A stretch of DNA of 64,000 nucleotides from Cyclobacteriaceae bacterium (GCA_019638395.1 JAHBTX010000004.1:306411-370410); one strand, 5' to 3'. Counted from the stretch's first letter, positions 18,201 through 28,289 are shown. Program-made: numbers and translations. Notes: generated from the sequence alone by a model not told the origin.

Positions 18201-21200
18201 TGCCCAATGTTGCCGGAATTAATTACGCCTGGTCAACCAATGCAGATGGTGTGATTATAGGCAGTGGAAACTCCGTTCAGGTTTCATGGTCGGCTGGAGG
18301 TACAAAAACTCTTACTGTTATACCATCCAATGCGTGTGGAAATGGGCCTGCGCGCAACCTTACTGTTAACGTGGCTACGCCTTGTGTTATTCCAGCTACC
18401 CCATCGGTTATAATTATGAGTGGTTCGGCTAATACAACGGTAAATCAAACGTTACGTTTTCAGGTAACATTTTCGGCAGGGGCTACTTCCAATGATCTTA
18501 CGGTTGTTCCTTTAACCGGAGTTACACTTACTCCCGTTTCCGGGAACACGTGGGACGCCACCTTTGCTACAGCTGGAAAATATACCGTTGTGGGTAAGGG
18601 TGTAAGCGCTTGCGGTAGCAGTGGACCTGCTACGCTGGATGTTAATGTGTGTGCACTTTCGGTGGATCCTCCGGCATCTGTAACCGGGCCAACCGATAAT
18701 GTTTGTCCAGGTTCAACCACACGCTATGTTGTAAACAATCCGGTAGAAGGGTATTCATATGACTGGAGTTTTAGTTTTGCACCCGGCCTTGTTACGTATT
18801 TAAATGCACAGCGAACAATTGCGGATATTACCTGGACGATAAGCGGTGCCAACGTAACCGTTCGTTCGCGCAATGCCTGTAATAACACCAGTACATTTGG
18901 AACCACCGTTTCCGTTGGGCTGGCTACACCTCCAATAACACCATCTTTGAATGTATCACCGGCAGGCGGAATATGCACGGGTAATACTGTAACCTATACA
19001 ATTACAAATCCGGAAGCCGGAGTAGATTATAACTGGAATTTGAATGGAGCCGGCACCGTAGCCGGAAATAAACTAAGTGCCACCGTATTGGCCGATGGTC
19101 AAGCCAGAACAATTAAAGTATTGGCTACAAAGTCTTGCTTTGTAAACCAGGAAGTAAACAGCATTAGTTTTGGTGGTGGTACTCCCACCCCCGTACAACC
19201 CAGTCCGGTAAACGGGCCCGCTACCTTAAACTTTAATACGGATGGTACATTTACTGTAGAAGCGCAACCGGCTGGTGTTAGTTTTAATTGGAGTGCCGGT
19301 GGCGATGCTACCATTACCAATACCGCTTCCCCAAATTCAAAATTAATCCGCTGGTCAACCGGAGGTACCAAAACGATTGGCATAACCACCTCCAACAGTT
19401 GCGGCATTAGCACAGCAAGAACCTACTCGCTATTTGTGTTTGGCCCGTGTGAGGCTCCTGCTATTCCAGATCCCATTACTGGCCCTTCATCGGGTTGTGC
19501 TAATCTTGAATACACTTTTTCGGTTCCCTTTCAACCCAACACTACGTATAACTGGAGTGCCGGTGGCGATGCTACCATTACAGGCTCTGGAACAACGCGT
19601 ACCATTAAATGGTCAACACCGGGCTCAAAAACAATTTCGGTATCGGCAACCAATGGGTGTACTACATCGGCAGCACAAACTAAGGGCTTTGTTATTATTT
19701 CCGTTCCGGCACAGCCTGCGGCTCTTACCGGTGGTTCATCTGCTTGCGCGGGTGCAACGGAAGAATTTTTGGTGAATCCTACTGTGGGTGGTGTTACCTA
19801 TGCATGGGAAGTTGAAGGGGGTACGTTTACTACATCTGGTGCACAAAGTGAACGCATCAACATCACTTGGTCTTCGGCAGGAACTAACGTGATAAAGGTT
19901 AAAGCTTCCAACAGTTGTGGTTTCGGGCCGGAACGTTCTATAACCCGCGTAATTGAAACAACACCCTTGCAACCCTCAGTCATAACTGGCGAGCAAGAAG
20001 TTTGTACAGGAACCTTAAGAACTTATAGCATAACGAATGTGCCCGGCACAACCTATGTCTGGAATGGCGGGGCAGGAGCAACGGTAACGGGTTCAGGCAA
20101 TGCCGTAACAATTTCGTGGAGTACAACCGGAGCAAAAACAATAACTGTTACTCCCTCCAATGCCTGCGGCAACGGCTCGCCTCGCACTTTAAGTGTGAAT
20201 GTAATTGGTGTACCTTCCCAACCTTCTGCAATTTCAGGATCTTCAACTCCTGTTTTGGGTAATGTTGTAGCATATTCTGTAACCAATGTAACTGGTGTAA
20301 ACTATACTTGGGCTTTGTCTGACAAAGGGGTGCTTACTGCCAGCGGCAATACTTCTGCTGTTACCTGGAGTACCACCGGCAGTGCTACTCTTTCTGTAAC
20401 GCCATCCAATCAATGCGGAGCCGGCACCATTCGATCACAAGCAATTACCATCAATAAAATACCACAACTAATCACTTTTACATTGGCAAGCCCGGTGTTA
20501 GCCGATGCTAACATTTCTTTGAATAGTGTTTCCGATTCCGGATTGCCAGTGAGCTATTCCAGTTCTAATACAACCATTGCCGAAGTTGCCGGCAACCAGT
20601 TGATCATTAAAGGCACGGGTACCGTTAACATCACAGCTTCGCAAGGTGGCGATGCCGTTTATGCTGCGGCAACCAATGTGGTGCGTTCGCTTACCATCAA
20701 CAAAGCTTCGCAAACCATTACGTTTGCAACTCCTGCTGCAAAAGTGTTTACAGATGAACCTTTCGATGCTGGGGCCTCGGTTAACTCACCGTTAGCATTA
20801 ACCTATTCCAGTTCTAATACAGCAGTAGCTACTGTTACCAATAATGGAACCGTTACCATAACAGGAGTTGGCACTACTTCTATCACAGCTTCACAGGGAG
20901 GAGACGCTTTATACAATGCCGCCACTCCGGTGTCGCGTACACTAACAGTGAATAAGGCTGCTCAAACAATTGCGTTTGAAGCAATTCCGGCAAAAAGTTT
21001 AAGCGATCCTCCCTTCCAACTAAACGCCACTGCATCTTCGGGCCTGGCAGTTACCTATAGCAGTTCAAACCCGGCTGTTGCTGAGGTAATTGGAAACACG
21101 GTTATCGTGTTGGGTAATGGTAGCACCATTATTACGGCCGCTCAAACCGGTAATGCAAATTACCTGGCTGCTACCCCGGTGGCACAAACACTTGTTGTAT

Positions 21201-21928
21201 CCGATAAGCAAAATCAAACCATTAGTTTTGCACCCCTCACTTCTAAAACAGTGGACGATGCACCGTTCGTGCTGAATGCTACAGCCTCATCGGGTTTGGC
21301 AGTTACCTACACCAGTTCCAATACCAGCATAGCTACTGTAAGTGGAAATACGGTAACACTCTTAAGTGCAGGAAGTGTAACCATTCACGCTAATCAAACT
21401 GGTAATGCAACATTTAATGCAGCTCCTCAGGTTAGTCAAACATTTTGTGTTAATCCGGCTAAACCAACTATTACCGCTTCGGGTTTAAATACCACTACGC
21501 CAATACTTACATCCAGCAGCGTAAATGGAAATCAATGGTATCGAAACAATGAGTTGATAGCAGGCGCAACTGGTACAACTTTAACTATTGATGAGCCTGG
21601 CGTATATAAAGTGCAGGTAAGTGCCGGTACTTGTACCAGTGCATTCTCAGAAGATTTTGCATTGATTGTAACTGGAGATTTAAACAGCACGGTACTGCCA
21701 GTATCGGTTTATCCAAACCCGACAACAGACAGAATTCAGATTGATTTGCCCAACGATGATCAACTTCGGGATGTGGCTATTCTGAACCTGCAAGGGCAAC
21801 CCATTAGTGTGCAACAATCCCGAAATGCGAGTCTGCAGTTGGATGTGACATCGTATGCACCCGGAACATACATTGTGCGGGTAATAAGCGGTAAGCAGCA
21901 ACAGGTAATCCGATTCATTAAAAAATAA
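15212..21928 (+). CDS. 2238-aa T9SS-secreted multi-Ig/PKD-repeat surface protein (putative adhesin)
   Basis: Signal peptide; three SbsA/Big_5-like units; two Ig-like units; 14 PKD-like repeats; four QTITF...SSN repeats; CTD VYPNPT...YAPGTYIVRV...RFIKK. Confidence 0.88.
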   Translation: MKIDSTFTKPRWLYYGQCLLSTLLLMVAMGTLTAQPLTPAAYYPAIGSTVATTSGVSLRYNTMATMGKGSGNITVFAGGLWQTIPVSSSNVTIQPVSSPAGYWLSINFTNGRPLPDGTAITVNVPASAINTNWSQGFSELNNTWNFNTLPSGPILFSRTPAVGSAINSSTTTFSLEFHENISKGSGSIIFKNKDTNAVLHSIDVNSSAVSILSGRIASISLPSALPQGVNVMLEMASGVFKDSGNTNSITINDTNTWFTVVDNTAPQLVSTNPAHQSTINVADRTVTLTFNEPVVKGTGAITFVNQSNGSTIFNASLFGGDVTYAGNTITIVKPTNWPFNTQLGVTIPATAVKDGAGNFWPGINGANFTFSTCSSATPTVSIAVTGGTNPTCAGQSITFTATPGNGGSAPVYQWRVNGANVGTNSSTFTSSTLTNGQVVSCVLTSNATCTTTATATSNNITVGVTPVVTPTVTITGSTTTCSGNSVTFNAAVTNAGSNPTYQWKVNGADVGSNQNFLITNSLTNGQVVTCQITRDNSGCISTTTATSNALTMSVGTMPAQPSAITGNATVCQGTTVTYSVTNVAGVNYSWDAGGGGTISGSGNSVSVTWLSTGTKTLSVYPSNSCGTGTPSTLSVTINATPSAPGTVAGANAVGQNQANQYSVTNQPGVTYAWSAGAGGTVTGSGNSVSITWTTAGSKTITVTPSNSCGTGVASTLAVTVGSCAAPAQPSTISGAATACVGGSGTYSVTSVGGVNYAWDAGSGGNVSGSGNSVTLTWSTPGTKTITVTPFTDCGMGTPRTTTVVVSTLPDQPSIITGNTTSCISSTVAYSVTNVPGTTYTWDAGGKGTVTGTGNSITVQWTAAGSNILTVTPSNSCGTGLARTLSVVVNNVPLGTSAITGANLMCTGTSSTYSVTNTSGVTYVWSAGAGSTITGTGNSVSITWSTGGEKVVQVTPSNACGNGVATTFTVSVTQAAAQPGTITGSTSVDAGTTNTYSVPNVAGINYAWSTNADGVIIGSGNSVQVSWSAGGTKTLTVIPSNACGNGPARNLTVNVATPCVIPATPSVIIMSGSANTTVNQTLRFQVTFSAGATSNDLTVVPLTGVTLTPVSGNTWDATFATAGKYTVVGKGVSACGSSGPATLDVNVCALSVDPPASVTGPTDNVCPGSTTRYVVNNPVEGYSYDWSFSFAPGLVTYLNAQRTIADITWTISGANVTVRSRNACNNTSTFGTTVSVGLATPPITPSLNVSPAGGICTGNTVTYTITNPEAGVDYNWNLNGAGTVAGNKLSATVLADGQARTIKVLATKSCFVNQEVNSISFGGGTPTPVQPSPVNGPATLNFNTDGTFTVEAQPAGVSFNWSAGGDATITNTASPNSKLIRWSTGGTKTIGITTSNSCGISTARTYSLFVFGPCEAPAIPDPITGPSSGCANLEYTFSVPFQPNTTYNWSAGGDATITGSGTTRTIKWSTPGSKTISVSATNGCTTSAAQTKGFVIISVPAQPAALTGGSSACAGATEEFLVNPTVGGVTYAWEVEGGTFTTSGAQSERINITWSSAGTNVIKVKASNSCGFGPERSITRVIETTPLQPSVITGEQEVCTGTLRTYSITNVPGTTYVWNGGAGATVTGSGNAVTISWSTTGAKTITVTPSNACGNGSPRTLSVNVIGVPSQPSAISGSSTPVLGNVVAYSVTNVTGVNYTWALSDKGVLTASGNTSAVTWSTTGSATLSVTPSNQCGAGTIRSQAITINKIPQLITFTLASPVLADANISLNSVSDSGLPVSYSSSNTTIAEVAGNQLIIKGTGTVNITASQGGDAVYAAATNVVRSLTINKASQTITFATPAAKVFTDEPFDAGASVNSPLALTYSSSNTAVATVTNNGTVTITGVGTTSITASQGGDALYNAATPVSRTLTVNKAAQTIAFEAIPAKSLSDPPFQLNATASSGLAVTYSSSNPAVAEVIGNTVIVLGNGSTIITAAQTGNANYLAATPVAQTLVVSDKQNQTISFAPLTSKTVDDAPFVLNATASSGLAVTYTSSNTSIATVSGNTVTLLSAGSVTIHANQTGNATFNAAPQVSQTFCVNPAKPTITASGLNTTTPILTSSSVNGNQWYRNNELIAGATGTTLTIDEPGVYKVQVSAGTCTSAFSEDFALIVTGDLNSTVLPVSVYPNPTTDRIQIDLPNDDQLRDVAILNLQGQPISVQQSRNASLQLDVTSYAPGTYIVRVISGKQQQVIRFIKK

Positions 21929-21939
21929 TTTTTATACTT

Positions 21940-22383
21940 ATGAAACTTCAATTGATAAATAAATTCTTAGCGCTGGCAACCCTTGTTGCTTGTATTTTCC
22001 TGATGGCTTGCGGGGGCGATGAACCAACAGAGCCGACACCCGCTGAACAAGTGCGCGCTCTATTAATTACAAGCGAATGGCGCATGCAGCGTGTACAAGT
22101 AGATGGCGTTGACAAAACAGATGTTTACAATGGTCTTAAACTGCAGTTTAGTACAACTGGTTTTACTGCTACTTCCGGTAAAGCTATTTGGCCTGCCACC
22201 GGCACATGGAGTTTTACGGACGATACTGCTACCAAATTGAAGCGGAACGATGGGCTTGAAATACGCATCAAAAATATAACGGCTGCTCAACTGGAATTAG
22301 AACTTAACTGGACAACGACTACGCTTGGCTCGGGCCGGGTTGGTTCAGTAGCGGGCACACATGTTTTTACATTTGTAAAGTAG
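21940..22383 (+). CDS. Lipoprotein, lipocalin-like
   Basis: Lipobox FLMAC; EWRM and GTWSF beta motifs; 11 nt after the adhesin stop. Confidence 0.75.
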   Translation: MKLQLINKFLALATLVACIFLMACGGDEPTEPTPAEQVRALLITSEWRMQRVQVDGVDKTDVYNGLKLQFSTTGFTATSGKAIWPATGTWSFTDDTATKLKRNDGLEIRIKNITAAQLELELNWTTTTLGSGRVGSVAGTHVFTFVK

Positions 22384-22411
22384 GGTAGTAAAGCCTGCCA
22401 TGATTTGGAAA

Positions 22412-22447
22412 AAACCGAAACGAAGTATTCTGATTTCGTTTCGGTTT
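22412..22447. terminator. 13-bp stem hairpin, probable terminator
   Basis: AAACCGAAACGAA-10 nt-TTCGTTTCGGTTT. Confidence 0.55.
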
Positions 22448-22611
22448 CGCCAAAACAAAAGTCTTATGAAAGCAAACTGGTTTAGGTAACACACATGCCT
22501 CAACTTTTTTGGAAATATATTTATTTCAAAGTATGCACTTGTGATTTAATGAAGTAAGCAGCCGTTGTGATGGTAAAATCTGGAAACGAAAATTTCTTAA
22601 CTTTACCTACC

Positions 22612-23187
22612 ATGTCGGCACCGAATCAAAAAAACCGAAAATACACTCCACAAGAATACCTGGAGTTGGAGCGTAAGGCCGAACACAAGAGTGAATATTT
22701 TAAGGGCGAAATATTTGCCATGTCGGGAGCTACGCGACAGCACAATGTGATAAGTGGTAATTTTTATGCGTTCTTACACCAAAAGTTAAAATCCGAAGGG
22801 TGCCGGCCTTATGGATCTGACATGCGGATTCACATTCCCATTAATTCACTTTATACATATCCGGATATCAGCGTAGTGTGTGGCAAAGAAGAGTTTCTCG
22901 ACAACGAATTTGATACGCTGCTGAATCCAACTTTTATCTGTGAGGTACTTTCTACTTCTACTGCCGACTATGATACCGGTGGCAAGTTTACGTTGTATCG
23001 TTCCATTGAATCCTTAAAAGAATATTGGGTTGTCTCATCGCTGGAGTATCGTCTGTTAAAATTTGTACGCCAACCCAACAACGATTGGCTGATGTCTGAA
23101 ACAGTGAATGTGAATAACACGGTGTCGATTGAAACAATTGCGGTGGAGGTTCCTTTGAAAGAGATTTATCTGGATCTGGAGTTTTAG
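22612..23187 (+). CDS. Uma2-family PD-(D/E)XK endonuclease-like protein
   Basis: YTPQEYLELE...KSEYFKGEIFAMSGA...HN, YPDISVVC, EVLSTST, LKEY; start likely the ATG at 22612. Confidence 0.9.
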   Translation: MSAPNQKNRKYTPQEYLELERKAEHKSEYFKGEIFAMSGATRQHNVISGNFYAFLHQKLKSEGCRPYGSDMRIHIPINSLYTYPDISVVCGKEEFLDNEFDTLLNPTFICEVLSTSTADYDTGGKFTLYRSIESLKEYWVVSSLEYRLLKFVRQPNNDWLMSETVNVNNTVSIETIAVEVPLKEIYLDLEF

Positions 23188-23295
23188 GGATAGGTGATCT
23201 TTCAAGTGATGGCTTCTCAGCAGGGTCTTCCGCTGGAAATAAGTACTTAAATAATCGCAGGGTCACGAAGCGGAGACCCTTTGCAGAAATTGATC

Positions 23296-25179
23296 TCAAT
23301 ACGCCCGCACCAACTTTCCATCCATATAATTCAAATATGAACGGTTTACCACGCGCATGCCGCCCGGTGTAGGGTAGTTGCCGGTAAAGTACCAATCGCC
23401 ACTATGATTCGGAATAGCTTTGTGCAGGTTGTCAACTGTTTGAAAAATTACTTCCAGTTCAGCTTTCATATCGGCAGGCCGCACAATGTCGGTTATCTTT
23501 TCAGATATTTCTTCGTAGGTATATTGTCCGTACAGTTTCTTCACATGATTTACAGGCTCACCATTCAGCCATGCCTGCTGACATTGTTCATACACTTCGC
23601 CCAACAGATAATCTTTCCCTTGCTCTTTCAATAATTGAATAACAGCTCTGAAGGCTACAAACTCACCCATCTTACTCATGTCGATACCATAACAATCCGG
23701 GAAGCGGATTTGTGGTGCAGACGATACCACTACAATCTTTTTCGGTTGCAGCCGATCGAGCATTTTCAAAATACTTTTCTCTAAAGTAGTTCCGCGCACA
23801 ATGGAGTCGTCAATTACAACCAACGTGTCTTTACCTTTGTTCACCACCTCGTAGGTCGTATCGTACACATGGGCCACCATGTCATCGCGGTTGGAGTCGT
23901 CCGTAATAAAGGTGCGCAGTTTTACATCTTTGATAACAATCTTTTCGATGCGGGGCCGGAATGAAAGTAAATCATCCAGCGAATCAACAGTAGGCTTCGA
24001 ATCAATAATAATATCTTTCTGTTTGGCAATGAGGTAATCTTCAATACCCGACATCATACCCATAAAAGCGGTTTCGGCCGTGTTGGGTATGTACGAGAAG
24101 ATGGTATTCTTTAAATCGAAGTTAATGGCTTTCAGAATCTGGGGCACCAATAGTTTGCCTAACTGCTTTCGCTCCTGGTAAATTTCCGGATCGGTACCAC
24201 GCGAGAAATAAATGCGTTCGAAGCTACACGAAGTTTTAGTAAGCGGTTTTAGAATTTCCTGGTGATGAAAATCGCCAGCTTTGTTAACAACCAACGCATG
24301 CCCTGGCTGAATTTCTTTTATCTGCGAATAGTTGACATTAAAGGCCGTTTTAATAGCTGGCTTTTCTGATGCCACCACCACCACTTCATCATCGGCATAA
24401 TAATAAGCCGGACGAATGCCCGAAGGATCGCGTACTACAAATGCCGAACCCGATCCGGTTAAACCGGCCATGGTATAACCGCCATCAAAATCTTTGCAGG
24501 CGCGTTTTAATACGCGCGCCAGGTCCAGTTCGCGTTCAATAATTTCCGATACTTCTTTATTTGAAAACTGCTCCTTATACTTTTCGAATAGTGATTGCAC
24601 TTCCAAATCGAGAAAGTGCCCGATCTTTTCCATCACGGTAACGGTGTCAACTTTATCTTTTGGATGTTGGCCCAATTCTACCAGCACGTTAAACAACTCA
24701 TCAACATTGGTCATGTTAAAGTTGCCGGCCATAACCAAGTTGCGGCTTCGCCAGTTGTTCTGGCGTAAAAACGGATGCACATTTTCAATGCTGTTCAGGC
24801 CGTGTGTTCCATAGCGCAGGTGTCCTAACCATAACTCGCCACTAAAGGCTACATTATCCTTCAGCCACTCTTCGTTTTTAAATTTCTCTTTGCCTTCCTT
24901 CTGAGCCTTTTGATATTTCTTGCCAATCTTTTTGAAGAGGTGTGCCACCGGTTGACTTTTAACGGATCGGTAGCGGCTAAAGAATCTGCTGCCGGGTTTG
25001 TTATCAATTTTAATGTTGGCGATACCTGCGCCATCCTGCCCGCGGTTGTGCTGCTTTTCCATCAGGATGTACATCTTGTTTATGGCATACATAGGGCCAT
25101 ACTTATCGATGTAGTAGGAAAGGGGCTTTCGCAATCGAATGAGGGCAATGCCGCACTCGTGAAGGATGGAATCGCTCAT
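23296..25179 (-). CDS. purF: Amidophosphoribosyltransferase, Bacteroidota type
   Basis: HECG N-terminal nucleophile, QHNRGQDGAG, GHLRYGT, SCSFERIYFSRG, VIDDSIVRGTT. Confidence 0.9.
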   Translation of the reverse strand: MSDSILHECGIALIRLRKPLSYYIDKYGPMYAINKMYILMEKQHNRGQDGAGIANIKIDNKPGSRFFSRYRSVKSQPVAHLFKKIGKKYQKAQKEGKEKFKNEEWLKDNVAFSGELWLGHLRYGTHGLNSIENVHPFLRQNNWRSRNLVMAGNFNMTNVDELFNVLVELGQHPKDKVDTVTVMEKIGHFLDLEVQSLFEKYKEQFSNKEVSEIIERELDLARVLKRACKDFDGGYTMAGLTGSGSAFVVRDPSGIRPAYYYADDEVVVVASEKPAIKTAFNVNYSQIKEIQPGHALVVNKAGDFHHQEILKPLTKTSCSFERIYFSRGTDPEIYQERKQLGKLLVPQILKAINFDLKNTIFSYIPNTAETAFMGMMSGIEDYLIAKQKDIIIDSKPTVDSLDDLLSFRPRIEKIVIKDVKLRTFITDDSNRDDMVAHVYDTTYEVVNKGKDTLVVIDDSIVRGTTLEKSILKMLDRLQPKKIVVVSSAPQIRFPDCYGIDMSKMGEFVAFRAVIQLLKEQGKDYLLGEVYEQCQQAWLNGEPVNHVKKLYGQYTYEEISEKITDIVRPADMKAELEVIFQTVDNLHKAIPNHSGDWYFTGNYPTPGGMRVVNRSYLNYMDGKLVRAY

Positions 25180-25243
25180 AATTAGCTTTTTCGGGTTTCC
25201 TGTCTAAGCGGTCTCCGTGGGTAAAGCCCCCATCGGTTTGCTT

Positions 25244-26707
25244 TTACAGCACAAAGGTAATCCGATTTATCCAACCCATCAACAACCCGGGGTTGAGGAA
25301 GAGCCAGATAATTGCTACAACCAAAATCAATAACAAAAGATTGCCGGTAATGGAAATTTTTATGGATGCTGTTCCGGGGGGTGTTTCTTTCAGAAAAAGA
25401 TAATACGGGATTTTGAGATAGAAATATAAGGCAACTACGGTATTGAGTAGTCCTACAATAAAGAGTATCAGCATCATGGTTAACCCGCTATCGGTCCATG
25501 CACTCCACAGCGAACTAAATACCAGTAACTTGGCAGTGAACCCGGCTGTGGGTGGTAATCCGGTTAATGCAATCAAACCGGTAACCAATGCTAACGCGGG
25601 TATAAAAGCCACGCGACCAAGGCCAGAAAAATCGGCCATGGATGGAAGTTCTTTCCACCGCTCAAAGAAGTGCAAAGCAGTAAAGGTGAGCAGGTTCATG
25701 ATTAGAAAAACAACGGCATAAAATAATGTGGCATGAATGCCGGCAAGGTCTAATGTAGCAACACCAGCCAATAAAAATCCTGCTTGCGCAATGGAAGAAT
25801 AGGCCAGCATCCGTTTGGGGTTGGTTTGTGCTAATGCTGAAAGATTCCCAACAACAATCGATAAAATAGAAATGACCGCTATCATCACGCGCCAGTCAAC
25901 CGATGCCTGACCAAACAAATTAAACGCGAGTATAATTTTGATTAGCAGCACCAGCCCGGCTAGTTTAGGCACCACCGAAAGAAATGCCACCACCGGGGTA
26001 GGGGCACTTTGATAAACATCAGGTGCCCATAAATGAAAGGGTACTGCACTTAGCTTGAAGAGTATAGCGGACAGAATTAAAAAAGCAGCAATCAATACCA
26101 ATATTGAATGCGATTGGAGTAATACATCCACAAATTGAGTAGATGAAAAATGCAGCGTTCCGGCAATACCGTAGATAAGCGATACACCATATACCAGGCA
26201 GGCGGTTGCCACTGTGCCCATCAAAAAATACTTCAGGCTTCCTTCCGAACTTTGTTTGTTGAAGGCAAACCCTGCCAGTACGTAGCCACTTAGCGAAACC
26301 AATTCAAGTGAAACGAGTACCGTAGCAAAGTGCATGCTCATGGCTACTAAACAAGCACCTACTACAATTGCCTGAATTAAAATAACATACTCGGTAGCGC
26401 TTTCTTTTTGTAACGAAATAAAAAGCGTGAATAAGCCGCCTGCTAAAAAGAGTAATCGGAAGAATGCTGAGAAATCGTCAGCGCGGAGTGTGCCGGAAAA
26501 AATTTCCTGTGGTTTAGAAGGCCAGTTAAATACGATAAAACAAAAGGCGAGTAATAACGCTAACGCTGTAACCGATGCCAGCAACAGCGATTTATTTTTT
26601 TTAATAAACAAACCAATCAGCAAGGTAATGCATATGGAAACAACCAGAATAATTTCTGGTATTACCTGTAGAATATGATTGCCAACATGGAAGATGGGTT
26701 CGCGCAT
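25244..26707 (-). CDS. nuoN: NADH-quinone oxidoreductase subunit N
   Basis: LELVSLSGY, EGSLKYF, FKLSAVPFHLWAPDVY, KRMLAYSSIAQAG; start likely the ATG at 26707. Confidence 0.93.
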   Translation of the reverse strand: MREPIFHVGNHILQVIPEIILVVSICITLLIGLFIKKNKSLLLASVTALALLLAFCFIVFNWPSKPQEIFSGTLRADDFSAFFRLLFLAGGLFTLFISLQKESATEYVILIQAIVVGACLVAMSMHFATVLVSLELVSLSGYVLAGFAFNKQSSEGSLKYFLMGTVATACLVYGVSLIYGIAGTLHFSSTQFVDVLLQSHSILVLIAAFLILSAILFKLSAVPFHLWAPDVYQSAPTPVVAFLSVVPKLAGLVLLIKIILAFNLFGQASVDWRVMIAVISILSIVVGNLSALAQTNPKRMLAYSSIAQAGFLLAGVATLDLAGIHATLFYAVVFLIMNLLTFTALHFFERWKELPSMADFSGLGRVAFIPALALVTGLIALTGLPPTAGFTAKLLVFSSLWSAWTDSGLTMMLILFIVGLLNTVVALYFYLKIPYYLFLKETPPGTASIKISITGNLLLLILVVAIIWLFLNPGLLMGWINRITFVL

Positions 26708-26711
26708 GCCG

Positions 26712-28289
26712 TTACGGATTTGCATTTAACCCAAGCGAAAACCACAACCCGGTAAAGTTTTCGGCAAACGGATTGATAAAGTTGAGCAAGAACTGAGGCA
26801 GAATACCAAACAGAAAGGCAAGAACAGCCAGTGGCAAAAGCATGGAATACTCACGGGCTGAAAGATCGGGTAGTTCGGCATAGATTGTTTTGGTAGCGAA
26901 TGGCCCAAAGAACATGCGTTGAATAGTCCATAAGTAGTAACCAGCACCCAGCAACAAACCTAACGTAGCTACCAATGGCATCCAAAGCGGTACCAGGTTG
27001 TTAAGTGAGTGCGATTGAAAAGCTCCAAAGAAAATTAATACCTCGCCAATAAAACCAGAGAAGCCGGGTAACCCCAACGATGCAAAGAATGCAATGAGGA
27101 CAAATGCGGTATAGTGTTTCATCTTCAACGCCAGTCCCGAATAGTTTTCAATTAACCGGTCGTGTGTGCGATCGTTCAGCACACCGGCAATTAAAAACAA
27201 CATGGCCGAAATTATTCCATGACTTACCATTTGATAAACTGCTCCGGCAATTCCTTCGGTAGTGGCCGATGCAATACCCAACAACACAAAACCCATGTGC
27301 GATACTGACGAGTAGGCAATTAATCGTTTCAGGTCTTTGCTCGCCAATGCATTAAATGCACCATAAATAATGGATACTACACCAACACCGGCCACCCAAT
27401 CGCTGAAGTAAACGGCACCATCCGGAAATACAGGGTAAACGAAACGTAAAATTCCGTACCCGCCAATTTTTAAGAGTAGTGAAGCGAGAATAACTGAGAT
27501 GGCAGTGGGTGCTTCTACGTGTGCATCGGGCAACCAGGTGTGAAAGGGTACAGCCGGTAACTTAATGGCGAAACCGATAAACAAAATCGCGAAAGCCCAC
27601 AAACGCCACGTGCCTGAACTTGCTGCATCCAACACCGAACCGGGAATGAGGTTCTCTGCGTTTTGCATGTGTAAAACATTAAAGGTGTGCACCACGTTTG
27701 AACTTTCGGGCGATTGAACGGACAGGTATAAAGCTACCATTACAATCAAAATAAATATTGAGCCCAGTAAAGTGTATAGAAAAAATTTAATGGAAGCGTA
27801 TTCGCGTTTGGGGCCACCCCAGATTCCGATCAGGAAAAACATGGGCAACAACATAAACTCGAAGAAGACATAAAACAACAAAAAGTCAAGCGCACAAAAA
27901 CTTCCGATGATGGCACCATTCAGCAGCAGCAATAACGAAAAATAACCTTTCCTGCTTTTTGAAACCTGCCACGAAGAAATCGTAGCAATAAGCATAATCA
28001 CCACACTTAAACCAACCAATGGAAAGCTTAATCCATCAACCGCCACCAGGTAATTGGCCTGAAGCTGACCCCAGTTGCCCAAAGAAAGTGCGATCCACGA
28101 TTTTTGTTCGGTTGCTTGCAAACCTGTCTCGGGTTGGTAACCAACTGCCAGCAGAATGAAAATGATTAGTTGCAAAATGTTAGTGCCTAACGTAAGCCAC
28201 CGGAACACGCGCACGTATCGGGCTGGTATTGCCAATGCTACCAGCGCAGCCACAACAGGAATAAATATGAGTAACGATAGGTATGGCAT
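26712..28289 (-). CDS. nuoM: NADH-quinone oxidoreductase subunit M
   Basis: VDGLS, FYVFFEFML, KFFLYT, AIKLPAVPFHTWLPDAHVEAP; TAATG overlap with nuoL. Confidence 0.93.
   Translation of the reverse strand: MPYLSLLIFIPVVAALVALAIPARYVRVFRWLTLGTNILQLIIFILLAVGYQPETGLQATEQKSWIALSLGNWGQLQANYLVAVDGLSFPLVGLSVVIMLIATISSWQVSKSRKGYFSLLLLLNGAIIGSFCALDFLLFYVFFEFMLLPMFFLIGIWGGPKREYASIKFFLYTLLGSIFILIVMVALYLSVQSPESSNVVHTFNVLHMQNAENLIPGSVLDAASSGTWRLWAFAILFIGFAIKLPAVPFHTWLPDAHVEAPTAISVILASLLLKIGGYGILRFVYPVFPDGAVYFSDWVAGVGVVSIIYGAFNALASKDLKRLIAYSSVSHMGFVLLGIASATTEGIAGAVYQMVSHGIISAMLFLIAGVLNDRTHDRLIENYSGLALKMKHYTAFVLIAFFASLGLPGFSGFIGEVLIFFGAFQSHSLNNLVPLWMPLVATLGLLLGAGYYLWTIQRMFFGPFATKTIYAELPDLSAREYSMLLPLAVLAFLFGILPQFLLNFINPFAENFTGLWFSLGLNANP

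Noticed and set aside
16880-21460. Regularly spaced repeats that could be mistaken for a CRISPR array or DNA tandem repeat
   Set aside because: They are degenerate, in-frame protein domain repeats of the adhesin; there are no identical repeats with unique spacers and no cas genes.
22567-23187. Uma2 nuclease as an anti-phage or restriction system
   Set aside because: It is a stand-alone member of a very common family, with no methyltransferase or defence partner nearby.
25180-25243. GC-rich spacer upstream of purF, considered as a purine/PRPP (ykkC-type) or c-di-GMP riboswitch
   Set aside because: Only 64 nt, and the fragments resembling ykkC-type motifs are on the strand opposite to purF. 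An Rfam/Infernal scan would settle it.
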